A stretch of 55,226 bases of DNA, filler included, from Malassezia furfur (Eukaryota), in assembly GCA_052055015.1 (NCBI GenBank). It is 3 parts of 3 records of this genome, joined end to end, with 100 filler letters (N's around TTAATTAATTAA, not from the genome) between each part and the next. Parts side by side here need not be neighbours in the genome. Positions count along the whole stretch, not along the records: positions 37,018 to 55,226 come from JBQJIT010000209.1; 2 more parts are not named here. One strand, 5' to 3'. A model generated the notes under the pieces. That model saw nothing but the letters and a program-made list of their open reading frames with translations. It had not been told where the DNA came from and did not search any database. Position 1 is the first letter of the stretch, and each line of letters opens with the position of its first letter. Below, piece by piece: positions 45,595 to 54,498 of this stretch. The position numbers were made by a program, and so were the translations under genes.

Positions 45595-47607
45595 ATGAAC
45601 CCGAACGCCCCGAGCTTTGGATTCAACCCAGCTGCGAGCGGGTTTGTGCCGCGCGCTGCGCAGCAGCAGCAGCAGCAGCAGCCGGATATGGGTGCCTACT
45701 ATAACCAGGGATTCACCGGTCAGGACTATAGCCAAGGCTTTACGGGCCAGGGCTTTGCGAACCAGGGCTTTGCGAACCAGGGCTTTGCTGGTGCGGATTA
45801 CGCGTCGCAGGGCTTTGCCGGTGCTGGATTCGGTGCGCCGCGTGCGCCTGCGCCGACGACGGGACAGGCGCCGTTGCCGCCTGCCGCTGCGGCGCTGGCG
45901 GCCGACAAGCCGGCCGGGGCGAAGAAGGCCGTAAGCATCTCGCTGGGTGGCGCCAAGAAGGACACGGCGCCTGCAAAGGCCGAGCCCAAGGCAGCGCCAA
46001 AGGCTGAGCCGAAGACCGAGCCGAAGGCCGAGGCCAAGACCGAGGCCAAGACCGAGGCCAAGACCGAGGCCAAGGCGGAGCCCAAGACGGAGCCCAAGGC
46101 GGAGCCCAAGACCGAGGCGAAGACCGAGGCCAAGGCGGCGCCCGAGGGCCAGGTCGGCAAGCAGCAGACCAAGGTTGAGAAAAAGGTTGCAGAGAAGGCC
46201 GCCGTTGACGCCGACAAGGTGCTGGACGATGCGCGGAAGGCGACTGACGAGGAGACGCTGAAGGACCTGTTTGGCGATGCCGAAGTCAAGTCGCACATGA
46301 ACGTGGTGTTTGTGGGCCACGTCGATGCGGGCAAGTCCACGCTGGGTGGCAACCTGCTCTACCTCACCGGCATGGTGGACAAGCGCACGCTGGAAAAGTA
46401 CGAGCGCGAGGCGAAGGAGCTGGGCCGTGAGTCGTGGTACCTTTCGTGGGCGCTGGACTCCACCTCGCAGGAGCGCGCCAAAGGCAAGACGGTCGAGGTG
46501 GGCCGCGCGTACTTCGAGACGCCCAAGCGCCGCTACACGGTGTTGGATGCGCCCGGCCACAAGTCGTACGTGCCGAACATGATTGGCGGTGCGGCGCAGG
46601 CGGACGTGGCGATTTTGGTCATCTCGGCGCGCCGTGGCGAGTTTGAGACGGGCTTTGAGCGTGGTGGCCAGACGCGGGAGCACGCGGTGCTGGTCAAGAC
46701 GGCGGGTGTGCAGCGCCTGATTGTGGTGGTGAACAAGATGGACGACCCGACGGTGAACTGGGACAAGGAGCGCTACGACGAGATTGTGGGCAAGCTGTCG
46801 CCCTTCCTTAAGGCGAGCGGCTTCAACCCCAAGGACGTCTCGTTCATCCCCGTGTCGGCGTTCAGCGGCGCGAACCTCAAGGAGAAGGTTGCGGCGTCCG
46901 AGTGCAACTGGTACGACGGTCCGCCGCTGCTGGACTACCTCGACGACCTGAACCTGGGCGACCGCAAGCTGAACGAGTCGCTGAAGCTGCCGGTCAGTGA
47001 AAAGTACGCCGATATGGGCACGTACGTCGTCGGGAAGCTCGAGAGCGGGCGCGTCAAGAAGGGCGACAACCTGATCCTCATGCCGAACCGCACGCCCGTC
47101 GAGGCGGTCGGCATCTTTTCCGAGCAGGACGAGGAGGTACCTGCGGCCATCTCGGGCGACAATGTGCGCATCAAGCTCAAGGGCGTGGACTTGGACGAGG
47201 TGCAGGCCGGCTACGTGCTCACCGAGCCGCGCGACCCGGTGCATGTGGTGACGCGCTTTGAGGCGCAGCTGGCCATTCTCGAGCACCGCAACATCATGTG
47301 CGCGGGCTACAGCGCGGTGATGCACGCGCACGCGATGTCGGAGGAGGTGAACCTGGTCGAGCTCCTCCACTACTACGACAAAAAGACGGGCAAAAAGTCG
47401 CGCCGCGGCCCGCAGTTTGCCAAGAAGGGCATGAAGATCATTGCGCTGGTGCAGACCAACGAGCCGGTGTGCCTGGAGCGCTTCAAGGACTACCCCCAGC
47501 TCGGGCGCTTCACGCTGCGTGACGAGGGCAAGACGATTGCGATCGGCAAGGTCACCAAGCTGCTCGATGACACGCCCAACCTGGACAAGCTGAGCCTGAA
47601 CAACTAG
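45595..47607 (+). CDS. SUP35: Eukaryotic release factor 3 (eRF3)
   Basis: PAM2-like N-terminus (MNPNAPSF, FNPAASGFVP) and GTPase motifs GHVDAGKST, GKTVEVGRAYFET, DAPGHK, NKMDD and LGRFTLRDEGKTIAIGK. Confidence 0.98.
   Translation: MNPNAPSFGFNPAASGFVPRAAQQQQQQQPDMGAYYNQGFTGQDYSQGFTGQGFANQGFANQGFAGADYASQGFAGAGFGAPRAPAPTTGQAPLPPAAAALAADKPAGAKKAVSISLGGAKKDTAPAKAEPKAAPKAEPKTEPKAEAKTEAKTEAKTEAKAEPKTEPKAEPKTEAKTEAKAAPEGQVGKQQTKVEKKVAEKAAVDADKVLDDARKATDEETLKDLFGDAEVKSHMNVVFVGHVDAGKSTLGGNLLYLTGMVDKRTLEKYEREAKELGRESWYLSWALDSTSQERAKGKTVEVGRAYFETPKRRYTVLDAPGHKSYVPNMIGGAAQADVAILVISARRGEFETGFERGGQTREHAVLVKTAGVQRLIVVVNKMDDPTVNWDKERYDEIVGKLSPFLKASGFNPKDVSFIPVSAFSGANLKEKVAASECNWYDGPPLLDYLDDLNLGDRKLNESLKLPVSEKYADMGTYVVGKLESGRVKKGDNLILMPNRTPVEAVGIFSEQDEEVPAAISGDNVRIKLKGVDLDEVQAGYVLTEPRDPVHVVTRFEAQLAILEHRNIMCAGYSAVMHAHAMSEEVNLVELLHYYDKKTGKKSRRGPQFAKKGMKIIALVQTNEPVCLERFKDYPQLGRFTLRDEGKTIAIGKVTKLLDDTPNLDKLSLNN
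45661..46140 (+). repeat. Sup35 N/M low-complexity repeats: (CAG)7 polyQ, xxQGF/GQDY pentapeptides, K[AT]E[AP] 12-bp array
   Basis: QQQQQQQ; YNQGF TGQDY SQGF TGQGF ANQGF ANQGF AGADY ASQGF AGAGF; then about 14 KAEP/KTEP/KTEA/KAAP units from about 45976. Confidence 0.9.
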
Positions 47608-47635
47608 ACGCACCATCGTAGCTACTCCATGTTTT

Positions 47636-49096
47636 CTATACATAGCGCACCTCGCCCTCCGAGTCGTAGCGCGGCACGAGGCCCCACTCCTCCGCCGACT
47701 TGGGCGGCGGCGCGCTCTCTACCTCGCCTTCGGCCTTGCTGTGCCGGGGGACGCGTGGCGCATCCGACACGCCCGCCTTGCGCTCCTTGATCTTTTGCGC
47801 AGTCTCCATCACCTCGGGCCGCGAGAAGTAGTCGGCCAGCGCCAAGGTGCTTACCAGGATCGCCACAATACCAAATACGAGCGCCAGCGCACGCCGCGTC
47901 GCGTCCCACTTGATGCTCTGTTCGATCTCCGTCTTGAGGTCGCTCAGAAAGATGGTGAAGCGGTTGTTCAGGTCTTGGATATCGAGCTCGAGGTTGTTGT
48001 TCTCCTCCTTCACCTCGTGCTTGCGCTGGTTCATGTCCACCTGGATGTCGTGCTTCAGCCGCTCAATCTCCGCCTGCATCTTCTGCGAAAGGCCGTCCAC
48101 CTCGCGCTGCAGCAGCGACGTCAGACTGCGCAGCGCCGCAGCATCGTTGCGCGCACGCACACGCACCTCGGTCCGCAGCTCGGAGAGTGCAGAGGAGAAG
48201 AGGTACAGCCGGTTGTCCAAATCGCTGCGGTCAATGCTCCGCACCGCCAGCTCCTCGCCACGCTCCTGCAGCATCGACCGAGTGAGGTCCATGATGGCCT
48301 CGGCCGGGTCGTGCCGGCGGTCCGTGGGCACCGCGCCGGAGGCGCCGTCGCGCGCAGCCACCCAGCCGCCCTGCTCGAGGCGCCGCACAAACACGTGCGT
48401 GTTGAACGGCTGCTCAAACTTGTTGTACACGGGGTGGTGGGGCGGCGTCGGCAGATCGCTCGCCTCAAAGCTCGTCCGTTCCATGGGCGCCATCGACCCT
48501 GCAGCGGTCCATGCGGCGCTTTCATCGCCCTGCGCATCCTCCAACGGCGCCTCGGCGTCCTTGGCATCGTCGGCCTCGCGCGCCTCCGTGTCAGACTTGG
48601 GAGCGGGGCTCGACGATCCCATTAGGCTCGTGTCCTCAGCCTTGTCGGCCGGGCGCTCTTCCCGGAAGAAGGACGGCATGTCCTTCGCGGAACCACTGCC
48701 TCCCATCATCAGGCTGCTGCCCGGCGCACGCTTCTGTGCGTGCAAGAAACGCTGCTTGAGCAAATCCTCGGCCGTGGGGCTCACGAGCGGCAGTGCCGGA
48801 TCAGCGCTATCCTCGGGGATGTGCGGCCAATCGTCGGCAGCACGCATTTGCTTCGCCATCGCTGCACGCGCACGACGTGCCTCCTGCGACACATCGACGC
48901 GCGAGCCCTTGGACGGCTTGTCGCCGGCGTTGGACGCCGGCTTGCTGGGCCGCGCCTTGAGCGGCGCCCCGACGTCCTTGTCTTTGTCGGCCTGCTTGGG
49001 CTTGCCACTGGAGAGGCGCCAATGCGCCGCTGGTACGATGGGCAGCCGCACCCGCGGCCGCGCATACGGTGCGCCGATCACTACGCGTCGGAGCAT
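47636..49096 (-). CDS. Mitochondrial DUF1640 / CCDC90-MCUR1 family coiled-coil protein (Put6/Put7-like)
   Basis: Arg-rich presequence, FNTHVFVRRLEQGG, AEAIMDL, LYLFSSALSELRTEV, a long coiled coil and one C-terminal TM helix after KWDATRR. Confidence 0.8.
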   Translation of the reverse strand: MLRRVVIGAPYARPRVRLPIVPAAHWRLSSGKPKQADKDKDVGAPLKARPSKPASNAGDKPSKGSRVDVSQEARRARAAMAKQMRAADDWPHIPEDSADPALPLVSPTAEDLLKQRFLHAQKRAPGSSLMMGGSGSAKDMPSFFREERPADKAEDTSLMGSSSPAPKSDTEAREADDAKDAEAPLEDAQGDESAAWTAAGSMAPMERTSFEASDLPTPPHHPVYNKFEQPFNTHVFVRRLEQGGWVAARDGASGAVPTDRRHDPAEAIMDLTRSMLQERGEELAVRSIDRSDLDNRLYLFSSALSELRTEVRVRARNDAAALRSLTSLLQREVDGLSQKMQAEIERLKHDIQVDMNQRKHEVKEENNNLELDIQDLNNRFTIFLSDLKTEIEQSIKWDATRRALALVFGIVAILVSTLALADYFSRPEVMETAQKIKERKAGVSDAPRVPRHSKAEGEVESAPPPKSAEEWGLVPRYDSEGEVRYV

Positions 49097-49232
49097 CAAT
49101 ACGCGCCGCGACCGCAACGGAGGAGCCGCACGACGCCCTCGACGCGGCGCTTATTCATCGGCTGAGTCAGCAGGACGCTGGGGCCACCGAGGCAGTGAAC
49201 CTGCCCGTCAGGCCGCACCCACCTTTGTGACC

Positions 49233-49943
49233 ATGGCCAGCGCACCGCCCTCGGTACAGGACGACTTGAACCCAACGCGTACGTGCCCCGCCCACCACTC
49301 ACGCAGCCACGGCAGGGTACAACCCCGGTCAGAAAAAGACACTTCAGGAGTACGCCGCGCTCGATGCGGAGGACGAGAGTTTGCGGCGCTGGAAGGAGTC
49401 GCTCGGCATCAGCACGAGCGCCGGCGCAGGCACTCTCGACCCGAACGCGCCCAAGCTCACCATTCACTCGCTGTCGCTCGTGAGCGATTCGATCGCGTCG
49501 GGCGGCATCACACTCCAGCTCGACCAGCCCGGCGATTTGGAACGGGCGAGCAAAACCCCGCTCCAAATCCCCGAGGGGATCGAGTACGCCGTGGCGATCC
49601 GCTTCACGTACGTGTGCCCACTCACCCAGCGTCGGACGCGAAGTGCTCTCGGGCCTCAAGTACCTCCAGGTAGTCCGCCGCGCCGGTGTGCCGGTCGATC
49701 GCATGGAGGAGATGATCGGGTCCTATCCCCCGCGCGCCGAGCCGTACGAAAAGCGCTTTGCCCCGAGCGAGGCGCCGAGCGGGCTGCTCGCGCGCAGCGG
49801 CTCCAACAGCGTGCGCACGCGGTACGTCTGCGGGCCTCACACAGCATCCTCGATGACGACGGTGTGGTGTATGCTGACTTTACGTGGTCCTTCAAGGTGC
49901 GTACGCGGTGCACCGCAGCTGACCGCAGTTGGTCAAGGCGTAA
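49233..49943 (+). CDS. RDI1: Rho GDP-dissociation inhibitor; 4 introns
   Basis: Contains GYNPGQKKTLQEYAALDAEDESLRRWKESLG, EVLSGLKYLQVVRRAG, EEMIGSY and EAPSGLLARSG. Introns at 49279-49306, 49608-49629, 49822-49844 and 49897-49928. The last acceptor is ambiguous; using 49918 moves the stop to 49957. Confidence 0.9.
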
Positions 49944-49975
49944 AGGTCGTTTGGTAGTGACTAGGGGTGACGGGG

Positions 49976-50649
49976 CTATGTACTCCCGGAACGTTGTACA
50001 GAGGAATCGTCGGCATCTGACGCCGAGGCCTGACTCGTTTTGCGTTGCTGCATGCGCCTGGGTGAGCCAAGAGGCAACGTACTTGCGCGCCTGCAGGATC
50101 ATTTGCGCCTTGCGCTCCTTGAGCGCCTTTTCACGGTCCTGTGGCTGTGCCTCCCATTGACACTTGACGGGCTCGGCGGCGTTGGGGACCGCATCCGCGC
50201 TAGCCACGCGCTCGTCGAGGTGGAAACGCTTAATCAGGTCCGGCGTCCCGCTCGTCGACGGGGCGCTCGTGGCAGTGGACGGTGTGCGCGGCGTCGTCGC
50301 TGTCGCGGGTGGTGCGTTGGCGGCGCGCTGCATCTCGGCGACGCCCGGGAAGTGCGGCGGTGGCTGCGTCAGACGTGACCACGTACCATAGGAAGGTATC
50401 CGTCCTGCAAGATGCGCTCACAGGTCGCTTCGGCGCTGCCGGAGCGCAGCAGGTCGTATCGGATCGACGGTTCCGGAATGTGGGGAAACATGGTCTTGAC
50501 CGTTTCGACCATTTGCTGGGTCTGCACAGCATTGGACAGTTCTGTGCGCCTGCTCCCTGTCTTAGCCTTGCCGACGTACCGCCTCCGATCATGCGCAGCA
50601 TCATCCACAGCACCAGGAGCGCGAACAGCGCTCCCATCAGGTCGTTCAT
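49976..50649 (-). CDS. ER membrane CUE-domain ERAD factor (Cue1/Cue4-like); 3 introns
   Basis: N-terminal TM helix, CUE domain (MVETVKTMFPHIPEPSIRYDLLRSGSAEATCERIL) and a Ubc7-binding-type helix (W...REKALKERKAQMILQARKRM). Introns at 50557-50579, 50364-50386 and 50058-50082. Confidence 0.85.
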
Positions 50650-50733
50650 CGTGCCCCGGCGCGCGGCGTGGTTGTCACGTGATACAAAAGGCCGTCGGTG
50701 CCGCGGGCGCACCGTTTGCCGACCATTCGCCAG

Positions 50734-51187
50734 ATGTTTGTCACGGCGGCTAGGCAGACGAACGCGCCCACGACGTTCAGCAAACTGCACAAGCAGTATG
50801 TGCAGAACCTGTACCGCCGGTTTCTGCGCAACTCGCTGGACTGGCACATCCGCCGCGATCTTTGGCGCGCGGACGCACAGCGGATCCGTGCCGAATTCGA
50901 GCACAACCGCAACGTAAAGAACCCGCGCGAGCTCGCGACGATCCTGCAGCAGGCCGAGCAGCAGCTCGCGAGTCGCCAGCACCCGGACCCATACAAGCGT
51001 ACGTTGCTTTGCATGCTAACGCAGCCCCGACCTACGTGGGTGGTACCAAGTGGTATGTCGGCACTGACGGCGCAGCTCATGTCCAGGGAGCGCAACTTGC
51101 CGGTACGTTGTGGACGCCCGCTGACCGCAGCCGCGCATGTTCACGGACGAGGAAAAGACGGAGTCGCTGAAGGACCAGCGCGTGTAG
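50734..51187 (+). CDS. NDUFB9: Complex I accessory subunit NDUFB9/B22 (LYR family); 3 introns
   Basis: Contains VQNLYRRFLRNSLDW, IRAEFEHNRNV and HPDPYK|PPTYVGGTKW|ERNLP|PRMF. Introns at 50999-51024, 51053-51086 and 51103-51130. Confidence 0.9.
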
Positions 51188-51421
51188 AGAGTAGCTCTCA
51201 ACCGATCCACAGCACTGATACGGCCGTAGTTGCGCGCCGGCGTCCGCCCAGGCTCGTAGAGCGCGCCGGCGTCTTGCCGCGTGGTGTGGTTGCGTCCGAG
51301 GCCCTGCCGACGCGCCGCGCGAGCGCCTGCCCACGCTGGGTGTTGGTGCACAACCTTTTTTTTGTCATTTCCGAAAACCACTACGATCCTCCAAACCAGA
51401 AACCAACCCTAACCACACCGC

Positions 51422-52957
51422 TCACGGCGCCTCGGTCAGAAGCGCGTCCAGCGTCTCGAGCACATGCGTTCGGTCGCTGCGCTCGTCGCTGGTGCCCTGC
51501 TCCGCCTCGCGCAGCCGCGTCAGGTGCTGGCGCCACGCAGCGTCGCTCAACGAGAGATGGAACTGCGTGCGGCACAAAAAGTACGACTCCATTTTGTTCA
51601 GCTCGGCCAGCGGGATGCCGGTGACCTCGTGCCACGTCTTGTTCAGGAAGGTGTTGTCGTCCAAGAACTTGTTCGCCATCATCAGCCCCAGGGTGAGCAG
51701 CTTGAACGGCGTCGTGGACGTCGGCTGACTCACCAGCCCCAGCGCGGTCTCGGCATCGGCGTCGATCGCGGCGGGGAAGAGCTGCACGTAGTACAGCGCA
51801 AGCACGACGGCCGTGGGCGTGAGCAGCGTCTGCGCCAGCACCTGGTGCACAAAGCGCCGGAACGCCGGACTCGCCTCGCCCGCGAGCGTCGTGTGCTTGT
51901 TGGGCGTGCGCGAGCGGCCCGACGCGCTGCGCGGCCGCTCCGTGGGCGTTGGCGACATGCTCAGCGACGGGAACGCGCGCGGGTTCTGCCCCATCTCGCG
52001 CACGAGGCGGTGCAGCGCCGTGGACCGCGGCCCGTCGTCCAGGCGCGCCTGCGACGCGTCCTCGGCGATGCGCAGCGCCTCCATCGAGCTGTCGAGCGCA
52101 CGCTTGTCGCTCGCGGGCGACGAGCACGTCGAGGGCGGCGTCGAGGGCGTGTACGACTCCGAGATGCTCGCGCCCGAGCTCGTGCTCGCCGTGTCCGAGT
52201 GCTCCGACGAGCGCGACGGGCTCGCGCCACGCGACACGGACGCCGGCGGCGTGCCCTGCGGCGTGCCCTGCGGCGTAGAGGTCGTGTTGCCGTGCTCATC
52301 CACGCGCCCTGCCGGGCCGAGACCAATCAGCGCCGCGCTTGCGCGCCAGATCGCCTCGGCGCAGAACGCCGCAAGCGGCACCGCCGTCGCCTCGGGCGGC
52401 GGCGTAGGCGTGCGGTCGACCGGCGCCGGCTCCGGCGCCGCCTGCTCGTCGTAGAACGGCGCATAGGCGGCGCCCGTGCCGTAGTGCGGCGCCGGTGCGT
52501 ACGGCGCGGGCGGCGCGGGTGGCGCGTACGCCTGCGCGTGCGCCTGCGCCGCATACGCCTGTGCGTGCGCGGCCTGCGCCGCATACGCCTGCGCGTGCGC
52601 CTGCGCGTGCGCCTGCGAATGCGGCGCCCACGACGCGCCCCAGCCGGGCGCAGGGGGCGCCGCGCCGTAGCCGTACGTGGGCGCGGGCTGCTGCCAGTCC
52701 GCGTACATGCCGTGCGGCTGTTGCTGTGGCATAGGCATGTACGCGGGATACCACGCGTGAGCCCAGGGGTGGTGCGGGTCGTGCCGGGGCCGCGCGGCGT
52801 TGAGCCGCGGCGCCGGCGGTGCACACATCACCATGCCCATGGGCATGCCGGGCCATGCCTCGCTCTGGAGCGGATACGGCATGCCCTGCTGTGCGTGTGG
52901 GTTGTTGTTGGCGAAGCCTGCATCGAAGTAGGCTCCGCCGCCCACCGACATCATCAT
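51422..52957 (-). CDS. Pho85-type cyclin (Pcl/Clg1-like) with long low-complexity N-terminus
   Basis: Cyclin box FRRFVHQVLAQTLL...VVLALYYV...LMMANKFLDDNTFLNKTWHEVTGIPLAELNKMESYFL. The start at MMMSVGG (52957) is a best guess. Confidence 0.85.
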   Translation of the reverse strand: MMMSVGGGAYFDAGFANNNPHAQQGMPYPLQSEAWPGMPMGMVMCAPPAPRLNAARPRHDPHHPWAHAWYPAYMPMPQQQPHGMYADWQQPAPTYGYGAAPPAPGWGASWAPHSQAHAQAHAQAYAAQAAHAQAYAAQAHAQAYAPPAPPAPYAPAPHYGTGAAYAPFYDEQAAPEPAPVDRTPTPPPEATAVPLAAFCAEAIWRASAALIGLGPAGRVDEHGNTTSTPQGTPQGTPPASVSRGASPSRSSEHSDTASTSSGASISESYTPSTPPSTCSSPASDKRALDSSMEALRIAEDASQARLDDGPRSTALHRLVREMGQNPRAFPSLSMSPTPTERPRSASGRSRTPNKHTTLAGEASPAFRRFVHQVLAQTLLTPTAVVLALYYVQLFPAAIDADAETALGLVSQPTSTTPFKLLTLGLMMANKFLDDNTFLNKTWHEVTGIPLAELNKMESYFLCRTQFHLSLSDAAWRQHLTRLREAEQGTSDERSDRTHVLETLDALLTEAP

Positions 52958-53219
52958 CCTTCGGAAGCGGGAGCGGGGATAGGCGTCTCGTGCCGTTCCT
53001 GGCACGAGCGATCGACGCAGCAAGCGCTGTGTCTCGTCCTGTGGCGCGTAGCCGCCCCTAAACCGTCGATGTCGCGTCCCTGCTGCTGGTCTGCACCGCT
53101 GGCGTGGTGTGCACTCCGGCCACGGCCCCTTTCTTCGATCACGGAAACGTCCCGGTGGAAAAAAGAAAAACGCGCCCGGCCGGCGTCGCCCCTCCCCCCG
53201 ATCCCCCGATCGCGTCACC

Positions 53220-54470
53220 ATGGCCGCCGCGCCGGCGCCCGCGGACGACGGCGCGTACATCCGGCGCACGTACGCGCACTTTGCGCGCAACGGCGTGCCG
53301 AACGACGGTGTGGATGCGGGCGAGGAGCATACGCGCCACAAACACGCGCCGCCGCTGTGGAACGCGCCGCCGGCTAGCCGCATCCTGCCCGCGCACGCGT
53401 TCGCCCAAGACCTCGCGCGGCAGCAGTCGCTCGACCGCTTTGGGTTCTACGATGCGCGCCCGGCGCACGCCCATGCCGAGCCGCTCGTGCTCCCGCGCAA
53501 GGCGCAGGCTGCCAAGCCGCCGAGCGCGGCGCATGCCCAGCAGCTGCGCGCCCGCCCCGCCGACGTACGTCGCGACGCGCGCCGCGTCGCCAAGTGGGCC
53601 CGTATGCTCGAGCTGCGCGACGGACGCGCGTACCTGCGTGCACCCCATGCCGTCGTCCGCCGCCGCGTGTACAAGGGCATTCCGGATGCCTGGCGCGGCG
53701 CAGTTTGGTTCGCGCTCGCCCAACACCCCGACGTGCAGATGCCCGACGAAGCGCTGCGGCTGCCCAGCACCCACGACGTGCAAATTGACCTTGATGTGCC
53801 GCGCACGATGCGCGGACACGTACACTTTCACACACGGTATGGGCGCGGGCAGTGCGACCTGTTCACGGGCCTACATGCAGCGAGCCTATTGTGTGACGAG
53901 TGCGGCTACTGCCAGGGCATGGGGCCGCTCCTGGGCACCCTGCTGCTGTACATGGTGCCGGCCGACGCGTACGCGATGCTCGTGCAGCTGCACACCAAAT
54001 ATGCCTTCCACGATCTTTTCCGCCCCGGCTTCCCGGGGCTTCGCACCGAGCTGTTTGTCCTGCGTACCCTGCTCGAGCACTATACCCCCCGCGCGGCGCA
54101 CGCAGTGGCGTCGTGCGGCGTTGCGCCGAGCGCGTTTGCGACGGGGTGGTACATGACCCTGTTTTCCGGCGTGCTGCCCTTTGCGACGCAGCTGCGGCTC
54201 TGGGACGCATTCCTCCTCGACGGGCGCGACGTCATCACGCTCGCGGCCGTCGCGGTGGTGCTTGCGATCGAGCCGCGCCTCGGTACGCCGCCGACCGACT
54301 GGGCCGTCGAGGCGCTCAGTGCGCCCCTGCTCCCCGAAAGCGACGACGCGCTGTTGCAGTGGATCGCGGCGCGCCTCGATGACGCACGTACGCAGCGCCT
54401 CCTGCGCGACGCGCGCGCCGCATGGGCCGCGCACTGTGCGGACGGCACCGCCGACGACGTCTTCTTGTAG
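53220..54470 (+). CDS. TBC-domain Rab GTPase-activating protein
   Basis: Contains DRFGF, KGIPDAWRGAVW, the IDLDVPRT arginine finger, the GYCQGM glutamine finger and WYMTLF...QLRLWDAFLLDG. Confidence 0.92.
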   Translation: MAAAPAPADDGAYIRRTYAHFARNGVPNDGVDAGEEHTRHKHAPPLWNAPPASRILPAHAFAQDLARQQSLDRFGFYDARPAHAHAEPLVLPRKAQAAKPPSAAHAQQLRARPADVRRDARRVAKWARMLELRDGRAYLRAPHAVVRRRVYKGIPDAWRGAVWFALAQHPDVQMPDEALRLPSTHDVQIDLDVPRTMRGHVHFHTRYGRGQCDLFTGLHAASLLCDECGYCQGMGPLLGTLLLYMVPADAYAMLVQLHTKYAFHDLFRPGFPGLRTELFVLRTLLEHYTPRAAHAVASCGVAPSAFATGWYMTLFSGVLPFATQLRLWDAFLLDGRDVITLAAVAVVLAIEPRLGTPPTDWAVEALSAPLLPESDDALLQWIAARLDDARTQRLLRDARAAWAAHCADGTADDVFL

Positions 54471-54498
54471 CCCACGTGACGGTGCACGTCCCTCCACG

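Noticed and set aside
51390..51420. C/A-rich stretch containing AACCCTAACC, telomere-like
   Set aside because: Only one TTAGGG-type unit, lying in a 3' UTR region, with no array.
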